Origin: Eledone cirrhosa
Lineage: Eukaryota
DNA: 64,000 nucleotides
Reading direction: 5' to 3'
Assembly: GCA_964016885.1 (NCBI GenBank)
Contig: OZ024740.1
Location: 72,354,001 to 72,418,000 of the forward strand
The number at the start of each line of letters is the position of its first letter. Position 1 is the stretch's first letter. Positions 1-13,700 of the stretch are shown one piece after another. Under the pieces are notes generated by a model, which was not told where the DNA came from, made no database searches, and saw only the letters and a list, made by a program, of their open reading frames with translations. Position numbers and translations under genes: made by a program.

Positions 1-59
1 AGAATCAGTGCAGGCATGGCTTTGTGGTTATGAAATTCGTTTTATAACCACATTGTAAT

Positions 60-430
60 AAATTGTAATGAGGTAGTGCTGGTGCTACAATAACACACAC
101 CCAGTCCCCACTGTAAAGTGATAGTGCTGATTCCATGATAACATACACCCAGAACTCTCTAAGATGGTAGTACTGGTGCCACAATATGCACCTAGAACAC
201 TCCATAAAGTGGAAGAGCCAGTGCCACAATAAAAAACACCCTGCCCATTCTGTAAAGTAGAAATGCAGGTACCACAATAAAAACTGCATAGTCCTTTCTG
301 TAATGTGGAAGTACTGGTGCCATGATAAAAAGCACCCAGTATACTCTCTATAAGGTAATGCTGGTGCCACAATAACATGCACTTAGCTTGTAGTGTAAAG
401 AGTGCCCAATACACTCTGTAAAGTGATTGG
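60..430. repeat. ~47-50-bp tandem repeat of a SINE internal segment
   Basis: Unit gtgccacaataaaa..cacccagtacactctgtaaagtggtagtactg; reverse copies at 10870-11160; also at 27030-27175. Confidence 0.8.
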
Positions 431-1602
431 TGTTAGAAAGGGCATCCAACTATAGAAACCAAGCCAAAAATGGAATCTATGAGCAAGATGTGGTCACCTG
501 ACTAGCCAAGCCTCACTACATGACAACTCATCTAACCTCTGCAAGCATGGAAAATAAATGTTAAACAATGAAACAATGATATTGATGAATAGTTTGATCT
601 CACTCCACAGTATCTTGAGCAAGAATCTTCTATAACTTAGGATTGACTAATGTTTTTATCATGATTTAACATCTGGCAGAAGTCCATTGTATATATCTAT
701 ATTGTCATCATTGTATGTCCTTTTTCCATGCTAGCATGGGTTGGATGGGTTGTCACAGTTCAAGTGTAGATGTTGGAGGACAACATGTTGCTCATATATT
801 CCATTTTGGATTGATTTCTACACTTGGGGTACCCTTTAGATAGTGTGCTGAATGCATTTCATCATAGCACTAACAAAAAAGCCCTCAACAAGAACAAAGA
901 GTCTGCTTTACCTTACATTGTCTCAGTTTGTTTGTCAACTATTTTACAGGGAGTATTGAATGTATTTTGTGACACAACACTAGTGTGGTTGTCTTGTCCA
1001 CTGCAAATTAAGGGGAACCTCTCCACTCCATACAGTCTCTGATCTCTCATCATATTTACTTTTACTGTCACAGTGCTTATACTGGTAGGGTAGTTAGTCT
1101 TTTTTGCATTAGTATATAATGTCAAACTTGTAAAATTGAGCATCTCATCTACTAGAAGTTTTCTCATGTCAAAAAGGATTAAGCAGACTCTTCAGTCACA
1201 TCATAAATATGACAACCTCTCTAGTCTGATGTCACAATAAAATGCACCCAATACACCGTCACGTGGTTGGTAACAAAAAAGACATCCTGCAGTAGAAACC
1301 ATGTAAAAGAAGGTTGAGAGGACTCTGTTGTCATGTCAAGAACATGGCAACTTCAATGCTGCTGCCACGATAAAATGCACTCAGTACACTCAAGATATCC
1401 AGTTGTTAAAAAACAGACCAAAACCAGAAAGTATGTGAGCGAAATGTGGCCCCTGGTTTGCTTAAAAAGACAATAAATTCGATTAAGTACTGACTTGGTC
1501 TGTAATAACCTATCTGACCTTTACAAGCATAAAAGAATTGACCTTAAATGATGTCTTGCTGTAAATAATTGTTGGAATGTATTTCTTTGTTTATACTATT
1601 AG

Positions 1603-1730
1603 ATAACAAAAAGGGAAGAGATTCACATTACAGCCCCGCTGCTAATGTAGAGAAAAAGAACAATTCATCTGAATGCAGTGATATGTTTGATAATCAGATA
1701 GACCCTAAAATAACCTCGAATATCATGAAG
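1603..1730 (+). CDS. TDRD5: TDRD5-like exon (NKKGRDSH...QIDPKITSNIMK), start of LOTUS helix 1
   Basis: tactattAG acceptor, AAG|GTATGT donor; phase 0 join to the next exon. Confidence 0.75.
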
Positions 1731-4700
1731 GTATGTTTCACCATTGAATATTAAGCAACTACTATTATTTATTTCTAATGAACGCACACACGCATACACG
1801 TGTGTGTATGTATTTAAATATGTACATGTGTGTGTGTATATGTATGTACCTGTATATGTATCATCATCATTTTACGTCTGCTTTTGCCTGCTTGCAAGGG
1901 TGGGACAGGAACTGATTCTGGCTTGATTTCTACAGCTTGATGCCCTTCCTAACACCAACCTCATTTACAGTGAGTGCTGGGTGCTTTTTTGCCGTGGCAC
2001 CTCCACGACCACTTTGCAGTGGAATGATAGGGACCCCAGTCCCTATCATCTCATTTCTACAGCTGAGTAAACTGGAGCAATGTGAAATAAAGTGCTCAAG
2101 GAAACAACACGTCACCCGGTCTGAGAATTGAACTCAACCTTTTGATTGCAAGGCCAATGCTCTAACCACATGTATATATATATATATATACATGTGTATA
2201 TATGTAGATGTGTATGTATGTATATATATATGTGTGTGTGTGTGTATCATCATCATCATCATTTTACGTCCGCTTTTCCCTGCTTGCAAGGAGGGGATGG
2301 GTCCTATTCAGCACAGCATCTCTCCACTTGTCACGGTCCTTCGTCATCTCCACCGTGAGCTTAAGCGATCTGAGGTTTGCTCTCACCACCTCCGTCCATG
2401 TTTTTTGTGGTTTACCTCTACTACGTCTTCCCTCTACTGGCATTTCCTGGCACTTCTTCACCCTTCAGGCATCCTCCATGCGCATCACATGTCCATACCA
2501 TCTCAGTCTCCTCTCCCGCACACTACATTCTATCCCTCTCAGACAGTTTCTCTCTCAACACATCCATGCTTGGTCGTTCACGCACATTGACATTGCACAT
2601 CCAACGGAGCATGCTTGCCTCGTTTCTCTCCAGCCGTCGCATATCCTCTGCAGTTGCTGCGCATGTCTCACTACCATGCAGCATGGCGCTCCTCACACAG
2701 GCATCATATAACCGGTCTTTGTCAGCAGAGGAAGCAGCTCCCTAAACTTCTTCCAACCCGTCCTTATTCTAGATACTATGGCCTCGGAACACCACCACCA
2801 CCCCCTCCTCCCATGCTAATCTGATCACCTAGGTACCGGAAGCTATCAACCACTTCTATAGAACCCACCTGCATTTGAAAAATGTGTCTATCAATGCGAC
2901 TTCTACTGTCAAATTTCCCTGTACATCTACTGCATACGTATTTTTCCCTACCTGTTAGTTTGCCTGCTATCCCACTACATCTCTTGTGTACCCAAGATCT
3001 GCATTGTGTGCATTTTATAGAATTTATGGCAGTTCCTTTTCTGCATATCGAACATGGCTATTTCCCCGACGGAATCAGTTTTGTCCTCTTTTCTACTCAT
3101 CAATACTTTTGTCTTGGCTAGGTTCACTCTCAGTCCTCTTGATTCCAACTGCTGTTTCCATAGCCAGAATTTATTCTCTAGCTCCTCTACTGATTCTGCT
3201 ATAAGAACCAGATCGTCAGCATAGAGGAGTTCCCATGGACAGCCAGTCTTAAACTCCTCTGTTATGGCTTGAAGGACTATAATGAACAAGAGCGGGCTGA
3301 GGACTTGTATCTGGAATTCCTCACTAAACTCCATTCCTACCCTGACTTTAATGACAGCACCTCTGTACAAAATTTGCACTGTCCTCACAAGCCATTCCTC
3401 AACACCTAGTTTGCTTAAGGACCACCAGATGACAGATCGGGGTACCCTATGAAAGGCCTTCTCTAGGTCAACAAAAGCTAAGTATAGTGGCTTGTTCTTT
3501 TCTAAGAACCTCTCTTGTAGTTGTCTCACTAAGAAGAGGGCATCTGTTGTACATTTCCCAGGCACAAAACCAAACTGCATCTCATCTAGTTTGACCCTTT
3601 CTCTAATTAGTTGTGCTAATATCCTTTCTGCCACTTTCAGAGCATCCCCTTTACCTTTGTAGCAATTTATGAGAATACTGCTGCACCAGTCTTTGGTTAT
3701 GACACCGCCATATATAGCCTGATTGATTATGTGTGCAACCAGTTTAGTGCCCAACGGTCCAGCGGCCTTACCATTTTTCATTTCCTTAATCGCCTCTTGG
3801 ACCCTATATTTGTCTATCTCAATAGCTGGTCCCTCTGTCGGCTCTACTGAGGGTAATTTCTCTCTCTCCCATTCGTTCTCCACATTCATCAGTCTCTCAT
3901 AATGACATTTCCAGGCCTCCTTTTTCTGATTATTCGTGACACTAAGTACACCGACATCATTCCAGACATATTTATTTCCAACAACATTCTGATTTTCATT
4001 GACACAATGCCTTGCACATCTTTGATCTTCCCATCGCAGAACATTGGCAAACCTCCTACTATCAGCCTTCCTGCATGCTAAGGACACCTGACGTCTAGCT
4101 TCCCTCTTAACGGCTGTATATCCTTCTCTACTCCCACCCTTTTTCCAAGCATTCCATGCTTGTCTTTTGTCTCTAATGGCCCTATCTACCGTGCTATTCC
4201 ACCATCAGGTCACTCTCTGTCTGGTTGAAGCTCTGCTCCAGCCACAAGTTTCATCAGTAGCCTACAGTAAGTTGTCACGTAAGAAATTCCAGTTATCATC
4301 TATGTCATACGACTCTAAATCGTCTTCTTTTTCGTCATACACATCTTGAAGGGCTTTCCTAAATTTGTATTTTAGTGAAAGGTCTTTTAGCTTCCAGACC
4401 TTTCTTCTCCACACCTTCCTGTATGTCTCATTCCGTCTCTTACTTACTGAGATATCACTAATGACTAACCTATGCTGTGGGGGAACATTATTCCCCAGGG
4501 TATTGCCTTGGTATTTGACACCATCTGCCTGTCCCGCTGCCTAACTAGTAAGAAGTCAATCTGGCTTATGTGCTTGCCTGATTTGTAGGTTATTAGGTGG
4601 TTGGCAGGTTTCTGGAAGTTAGTGTTGCAAATGGTTAGTGCTCTTGCTTCACAAAATTCAAGAAGTCTCACTCCTTCTTCATTTCTTGAGCCGTAACCGT

Positions 4701-7700
4701 GCCCACCATGTATCCCAGTGTAACCATCCTGGAGCTGTCCAACATGACCATTGAAGTCCCCTGCTAGCATAACAATGTCTCCATCCTCTGTCATTGCGGT
4801 TGTTTGTAAAAGTTGCTCGTAAAAGCAGTCTTTCTCTTCTTTACCTAGGCCTGTCTGGACAGCATGGTTAGTGTTATTGCGATATATATTTGTTGTTGTG
4901 CTCATAATTGTTTTGGCATTAATACACTGGTTGGATGCCCTTCCTAACACCAGTGCCACTTTACAGCATGGACTGGGTGCTTTTATTTGTGCCACCAGCA
5001 TTAGAGAGGATGTCTTACTAGACCCGTGGGCCCTCTCTACCCTTCCATTTTACAGCATGGTCATAACAATAATAACACTATTAATAATTATTAATTAATA
5101 CAATCGTGCAATGCATGTGCGGGAAGAATATTTTTAGAGTGAAGAAAGACTGCGCTGAGCCAATCCCACTCTCTGAGCAACAGTAGCTATAACCCGAAAA
5201 GAGAAGAAAAGATCAACATCATCAGTAACTACTGAGCTGGAGGTTTTATGTCGGAGTTAACCCAGTTTCCTGAGATGCCTTCTCCTAGAAGAATGCCCTG
5301 ACAAGGGCTAGGGGGTCCTTCACTCCCAGTGGTTTAACTGCGCGATCGGGTATCCAGCCCGATTATTTCTATGTCCCCACGCAAAAAAAAAATATAGAGA
5401 GAGAGAGTGAGAGAGAGATAGGTGTGTGCATTTGTTACTTTATATATTTTGTAATATTTCCTTAGTTCAAGAATTGTTATATATTTTTCAGATCCTTGAT
5501 AGTCACCCAGAAGGCCTTTATTCCTCTAAATTATGTTCTGCCTATAAAGTAAGTATGCAAATCATTTTTCTGTTCAAACTTATCTCTGTCAGCATTGAGA
5601 GAAGAATGAAATAGGTGAGTGATGAAATGAAATACAATAGTTTCAATGATGATTATTCCAATTGTTCAATCATTGGAACAGTTGGCTCATTAAGTTAGTG
5701 ACATGAACTTAATTAAAGTGGTAGCGATGCTGCCACAAAAAACAAACCGAGTACACCTTTTAATGTGGTTAGTGTGAAGAAGGACTTCCACCCATAGGAA
5801 ACATGTCAAAAGATGAGTTCACTCTGTCCTATATAATCAGGACCATGACAAGCTGTCCAACCCATGCATAGAATATGTCCACAACAATGTTGAGCACAGC
5901 TACACCAATACCATTATAAACCTGTGGTGAGTGTTGTTTATGTTCCTCAAAACAAAACGCTCAGCACTATTGAAGTGCAATAAAACATTAACTGTATAAA
6001 CCATGCTTAGAATAAAGTATGGGCTGGTGTTAGGGAAGGCAGCTGGCTATAGAAAATAAACCTGCCAAAAAAGGATCTTGTCCAACTGAGGCAAGCATAG
6101 AGAAGTGGACATAAAAGCATTGATCATGATGATGACTTTCTTCTAATTTATCGTCATCATCGTTTAACGTCTCTTTCACTGCTAGCAAGGGTTGAACAAA
6201 GTATACACAATTATTTTTAATACTGTGTTATACTAGTCATGTTTTTCTTTTTTGGCAAAAGTTTTATGACTGGATGCCCTTCTTTATTACCAACTACTTT
6301 AGAGTGGATGGGGTGCATCCCATTGTGCCAGCAGCACCAAAGAGGCTGCCTGTCAGGACCCAAGGGTCCTTTCCACCCTGCATCATTCCCAACTCAGTGC
6401 AACTGATCTAGATGAGCTGCCTTCTCTACAGCTTATAGAGACCTGGTCTACTCCATGCATTCATATTTAGTTGGAATGACTACTCTCTATAACGGATTGC
6501 CTTCTCTGTGGCTTATAGACTCTTTATCTACCCTGGGATGCCTTCCCTGGGGCTTACAGACTCCATGTCTACCCTGGGATGCCTTCCCTGGAGCTTACAG
6601 ACTCCATGTCTACGTTGGGATGCCTTCCCGAGGGCTTACAGAATCCACATCTACCCTGAGTTACCTTCCCTCTGGCTTACAGAATCCTCACCTACCTTAA
6701 TTATTTTCTCAAAAAGCAAAATCCATTTAGAAAACAACTTGAGATGATTTTTTTTTTTTTCTCTCCAGAAATATCATGGGTCAGAATTGGATTATCGAGA
6801 CCTGCGTTTCCTAAGTGTAATAGACTTGGTTTCCAAAATAGACACAATCCACATTGTGAGGCCAACTGGGAGTGGGGACTGGATCTTGTATGATACTAAG
6901 AGATCAAAAGAAACTGTGGAGAAGTTGGCAAGTATGTATTCATTGTTGCTTCTATTTGACTTGTAGACTTGGTAGAGCACCGGTTAGATTATCACATGAT
7001 ATTTGTTTGAGCTCTCTGTGTTCTGAGTTCAAATCCCATTGGGAACAACTTTACTTTTCATTCTTTTAAGGGCCAATAAATCACATCCAACAGCAGCAGT
7101 TGAAGAATTGGAAGAATTGTTAGACAGATAGGACAGTTTTTAGTGTTGGATTGAATGCATTTTGGTTGTTGTTCTGAGCCTCGGATCTGGGATTAAATTC
7201 TGCCATGGTCAACTTTACCTTTCATCTTTTCGGGGTTAATAAAGTACCAGTGAAGGGACAATGGATTGATTGATAAAATTAATAAAGAGCCAGACGTGTT
7301 GCTTTGTAGTATCTGTTCTGTCTTTATGCATTCTGAGTTCAATTTCCGCTTCCTTCAGCCATGAATTGTAACCAGCAGAAAGAATCACCAACAGAAACAG
7401 TTTCCTTGGTCTGATCTGGGTGCATTTTACTCAATATAATATTTAGTTTTGTAGCCCATATTATACACCTATAAGAAGCATTTTAGAAGGTTATTTTCCC
7501 TGTTGAAAGAGGAGTTGCTCATGTGGACCCCCATAACAAGCTTTGTACTTATTTTAAGGCCATGTTTTATAGCCAGATGCCCTTCCTAGTACCAACGTTT
7601 TTAGTTACCTTTTACAACATGCAGGAATATGGTGTATTTATTCTAAACAGTTCAATCACAGACTACATGGGTAAATATACCAAATAATCATCGAAAGTAA

Positions 7701-10700
7701 AATAGACTAGAAGCATAATTTTCTGCAAGAATTATAATTATTAAAATGTTATTTTTATTTTTTCCTCTCTGCAATAGATCAGCTGCATTCTCTTGAATTA
7801 AATAAGAACAAGATAATGAAAGAAAGAGAAATAAATGTCCGGTTAAATATTTCTAAAATGCTGGAAAACTATCCAAATGGACTAAATCTAGATTGCTTCA
7901 TGGAGAGCTACAAGGTGAGAAATATATATAACAGCATCAAGTTGTCACTTTTGTAACAAAAATTGTGATAGGGTTAGTAAATAACTTTCAACTTAATAAT
8001 AAATAAAAACAAATATTTAACTACTGAAATCTAAGATTTGAATTTTAAATTTCATTTCATCATTCATTTCATTTTACGTCTGCTTTTTCCTTGCTTGCAA
8101 GGGTGGGACGGGAACTGATTCTGGCTTGATTTCTACAGCTGGATGCCCTTCCTAACACCAACCTCATTTACAGTGAATGCTGGGTGCTTTTTTTGGTCGT
8201 CCACTTTGCAGTGGAATGATATGGACCCCAGTCCCTATCATCTCATTTCTACAGCTGAGTAAACTGGAGCAATGGGAAATAAAGTGTCTTGCTCAAGGAA
8301 ACAACACACCACCCGGTCTGAGAATTGAACTCACAACCTTTTGATTGCAAGGCCAATGCTCTAACCACTAAGCCATGTGCCTCCATTTGAATGCATTAAA
8401 TCTTTCTTAACCATATTTATATGAAAGACACTGTGATTTTCATATTCTGAAAAATAATCAAAAATTTGGAAAGATTGAGTAATATAACATTCCCATTTTT
8501 AAGTTAGTGTTTAGAATGATGTAAATTAAAGGAATGTTTTTAGTTAAATTTAAAAGCTTAAAAAACAGTTTTGTATAATCAAACCTGAGGTTCTTTAATA
8601 TTGAAAGAAATAATATTGTATACAAGTATAATTTTTGTTATATGAAATCTGGTTATATTGTTCAAGAGTGTAATTAAATCCAAGAATTGCAAGAGCTGGT
8701 GCAATATTGTACCAGCTTCAGCACTTGGTCATCAAAAGAAGTAGATGTAAATGCCAAATTCACTATCTTCAATTTGGTATACGTGCCTAACCTTACCTAT
8801 GGTCATGAATCATGAGTAATAACCAAGAAAATAGAAGCAGCTGAAATGAGGTTCCTCTAAAGAATCTTTGGAATTAGGTTACTCGATAGGATGTATAACT
8901 TGGAGATAAGGAAATCGCTCCAGGTAGAGCCACTACTCTGAATTGAAAGATCACAGCTCTGTCTAAACAGAATGTCTAAAACAAAAATTGCTGGGTTGAT
9001 TTTTATGAGCAAAGCCAACCAGCAGATGACCCAGAGGTAGACCACAAGCAAGATGATTGTATATCATTCATGTGCTCAGTTGGTCTTACTTATGGATCCA
9101 GACGAATAATGTGAAGATGGTTGCTTCTGATAGGACCTCTGGAAAGCGTGTCTAAGGACTCTGCCTCCATGACCCTCTCTTGTTAAATGGGACCAGGTGG
9201 GTGGATTAGCAGTAGCAGTAGATAGTCAGACACCATTCTTTGCAGCATAAAGTTATGGCCCTTTACATTCTGAGTTCAAACCCCGCCAAGGTTAATTTTG
9301 CCTTTTATCCTTACGGGGTCGATAAAATAAAGCACCAGTGTTGCACTGGGTAATTGCTGGCCTTGTGCCAAAAGTAGAAAAAGTTACTTAGAATAGTCAT
9401 TTTTGTTAAATGGGACCAAAAAATATTGTTTAAAAGTGTAATTTCTGTTACATCATCAGCATCGTCGTCGTTTTTACATCTATTTTTCTCCGCTTGTATG
9501 AATTGGACAGCATCCATTTTTCTTTTATTTTAATATTTCTTTATTATTTTCAGGCAGCGGCAGGCTCAGAATTTCAACCTTCAGAGGTTGGCTTCAGAAG
9601 TCTTGAAAGCTATATACTCTCTCTGGCCAGCAGTGTTGTTGAAATAAGTTACTCTGGAAATGGTTAGTACTTATATATATATATATATGTTGTATTTTAA
9701 TGTTACTGTTGTTGTTCTTATGTTATGATAGTCAGCTGAAAAGTTTATAGGCTGACCAAGATACTTTCATGGAATGACCAAATGAGGTTTACTTTTCAAC
9801 ATAGTCCCTGGAAAGAAACAAGGCAGTTATTAATAAGAGTTGAAATTCATGCAAGATTTCACAACTCTAATATCACTCCTTCATAGTCAGGCTATGAACT
9901 TTTCAGCTGACCCTTGTATATAGAAATGCTAGTTATTGTTGCTGTTGCTACTGTAGTTGTTGTAGCGCTGTTGGTTCTAACAATGCAGTTGTTCAACAAC
10001 AGAACAACTTGCTTGTGGAATTAACATGAAAGATGCTGAGCATTCCACAATCTTGTACACTGTTAATGTAGTTCTCAGGGAGAGTCAGCATGGTTCCATG
10101 TGTGACAAGGCTGGCCCTTTGAATTATAGATACAACTCATTTTTGACAATTGAGTAACAGGAAATGTCTTGTTTAAGGACACAACACTGCTGGGAATCAA
10201 ACTCAAGACCTTACAATCATGAGCCAGACACTAACCACTAATCCACATCCTTCACACACATGAAGTATTTACAGGAAGATTGCAGATCAAGGTAGTATTC
10301 AATGCATGCTAAGTTACAGAGTGAATAGGTGCATCTGGTTTTATAATAGGTACATCATATCCCTGAATATCGTAAGAAGTGACTAAAAGGCTTAGTGTCA
10401 AGAAGGGCATCCAGCTTTAAAACTTTGCCTCAAAAAGTCCTGTCCAACCCATGTCAGCATAGAAAATTTAACATAAAAATGGTGGTGAGGATGATATAAA
10501 TTACATTTTATTTTTTGGAGTAAGTTGTATATGTAGATGAGTTATGGGAACTAAGTTGAGAAATTTGCTTTCTATTTTGACTTAAGGTTCCATGTTGAAA
10601 ATGAAGCTTCATTGGAACTTTCTAGATAAATGAAATGAACTCCTACTTTAGTTTATCACTGACCTGTTATATTCTTTTTTCTCTGTTAAAATGGGTGAAA

Positions 10701-13700
10701 TAATTTTTCAAATTTGAGCGTCTATATATTGTTTACAGCAAGTCATCAACAATTTATATCTATTCCTTGTTGGAATTGGTTATATTGATTGTTGTGGTAC
10801 AAAACTTGACTGGTCAGAGAACCATGTCTTGCTCACACATACCACTTTTGGCATTGCTTCTACAGCTGGATACCCTTCCAAATAGCAATCACTTTATAGA
10901 GTGTGCTTGGTGCATTTTATTGTGGTATTACTGCCACTACTTTTCAGAGTACAATGGGTGCTTTTATCATGACATCAATACACCAGAATGTAATGGGTGT
11001 GCATGTTATCATGGCACCAGTACTACCACTTTTACAAAGTGTAGTGGGTATATGTTATTGTAGCACCAGGACAACCACTTTAGAGTGTACTTGATGCATA
11101 TTTTCATGACACCAGTACTACCACTTTACAGAATGTACAGTGTTTTTTATTGTGGCACCAGGGGAATCAGTTGTTGCCCAGTGTATAATATTTTTACATA
11201 AACTAACATATAAATTCCTTTATATCTAAACTATAAATACATGCTTTATAACTTATATATATTTTCATTTCCATAATTGTTTAAAAATTCCTTTTCTTTC
11301 TCTATGGCAGCATCTCTGACTATAAAATCTGCAAGAAGACACAGCTCTAAAGAAAATCAGGAAACTGCACAACAGCAACCTGTTGCAAAATATTCTGTGG
11401 TATGTATTGGTTTTTATAATATTGTGTGTATTCCATATTTTTGAATAGGTACGCCGTAACATGGATGACATTAGGAAGGACATCTAGCAGTAGAAGCCAA
11501 GCCAAAATACAGATCCGTATGAATATGACGTGGTAACCTCATCTGACTTGTCTCATAACATGACAACCTGTCTAACCCATGCAAGAAAAATAGATGATAA
11601 ATGATGATGATGTTACCATATGCCTGTATGTCATAAAAGGCATCAAGCTGTAAAACATCCTCAAACCATCCTGTCTAAACCTATGCCAGTTTGGAAAAGT
11701 GGACATGAATACTATGATGATGAAACTATTAATATCAATGTTTGTGTTATTATAACGTAATTTTTAATATTTTACATTCTTTTTACTGCTAATTTACTAC
11801 TAATTCATTGTTAATACAATCATGTCTACACACTGACTTTGAGTGTATGTGTATATGTGTACATGCTTGTGTGTGTGTGTATACATGTATAATCTTTTAG
11901 TATAAAGTTTTACTGTTACTTATGTTGATGTTGGGGAACTTAGCACATTAACCCTATACCAGCAGTTTCCTGTAGACTTAGTATCTTGACTATCAAATAT
12001 GGATTCCATATTTATGTTTTGGCTTATATGTACATGTTCACATGTGCGTTTAGAGAAACACACATGTTCATATGTGTGTTTACACACACACACACACACC
12101 CATGATTTTAACCTTTTTCATACCAAATCACCTCTGTAAATGTGGTTGGCGTTAGGATGAACATCCAGTCGTACAACCAAGCCAAAATTGGTTCCGTATG
12201 GTCATCTGAACTTGACTTACCTCAATTAGGACAACCCTTCTAACCAATGCTAGCATGGAAAATGGATGTTAAACGGTGATATGTTGATATACACATTCAC
12301 ATAGGTGTTTACACATACATATGATTTTAATTTGTATATTGCCTGCTATATTCATATTTCATCATCATCATCAATATTTAACATCTATTTTAGCTGCTAG
12401 AAAGGGATGGACATGATGTTACAAACCAAGTCAGAATTCAGATTGAATGAGAGATACATCTCACATATGTTCTTATACTCTACAGTATATACTGGGTGTG
12501 ATTTATTGTGGCAACAGTACTAGGGTGGTTGTCATGTCTTTGACATAACTGAAGACTCCTCTTGGCCCTTTGTTTGGCACGTTTTCTACTGCTGGGGATC
12601 CTTATATCCTTGAATATTGATTGTAATATATTTAAGAATGTTCAATAATTATAACTATTTCAGAATCCACCCAAATCTCTATCGTTTTCATCATTACCGG
12701 AAGATGCTGTGGGGCCTGGCGTATCGTATCGACTGCTTGATATACCAAATAACATCCATTTTGTTGAAGTGTTTGTTAGCAACATTGAAAGCCCAGGACA
12801 TTTTTGGTTAAAATTTCGAGGAAAAGCATACTCTGTAGCTTTGGAAAATCTGATGGATGAACTCGAGTAAGTTAACTTTTCTTACCATATTTCTAATGTA
12901 AAACACTACCTATGTCATTAACCCATTCATTACCATATTTCTAATGTAAGACAGTCATTAACCCTTACCATATTTCTAATGTAAGATACTGCCTGTATAT
13001 ATCAATTAATTCTGAAAATACTCAAGAATTTGGTACTAACTTTCTTTCTATTAGCCTAACTTTACAAAGGTTCTCACATAATATTTAGGATGGATGGGTT
13101 TTAGATAAATATAAACACTTAATTGTTTCCTTACCATAGATAAGTTGTTAGAATCCAAGACTAGAGAGGTCAGAAAATTGGCAGAGATTTTGTGGCCTGT
13201 CATCGTTTTATCTAAACCATACAGCCACGTCATAGTTTTATCTAAACCCCATAGCCACATGTCATAGTTTTAAGTAAACCCCACAGCCACGTCATAGTTT
13301 TATCTAAACCATACAGCCACGTCATAGTTTTATCTTAACCCCACAGCTACATGTCATAGTTTTATCTAAACAATACAGCCACGTCATAGTTTTATCTTAA
13401 CCCCACAGCTACATGTCAGAGTTTTATCTAAACCATACAGCCACGTCATAGTTTTATCTAAACCCCACAGCTACATGTCAGTTTTATTTAAACCCCGCAG
13501 CTACATGTCAGTTTTATTTAAACCCCGCAGCTACATGTCAGTTTTATCTAAACCCCACAGCCATGTCATGGTTTTATCTAAGCCATACAGCCACGTGTCA
13601 TGGTTTTATCTAAACCATACAGCCACGTGTCATGGTTTTATCTAAACCATACAGCCACGTGTCATGGTTTTATCTAAACCATACAGCCACATGTCATAGT

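Noticed and set aside
2192-3204. Plus-strand ORFs of 70-167 aa
   Set aside because: Antisense shadows of the RTE LINE plus microsatellite.
8300-8387. tRNA gene
   Set aside because: A/B boxes are present, but there is no acceptor stem and it runs directly into a multi-copy SINE body; the same applies near 41085, 42295 and 42503.
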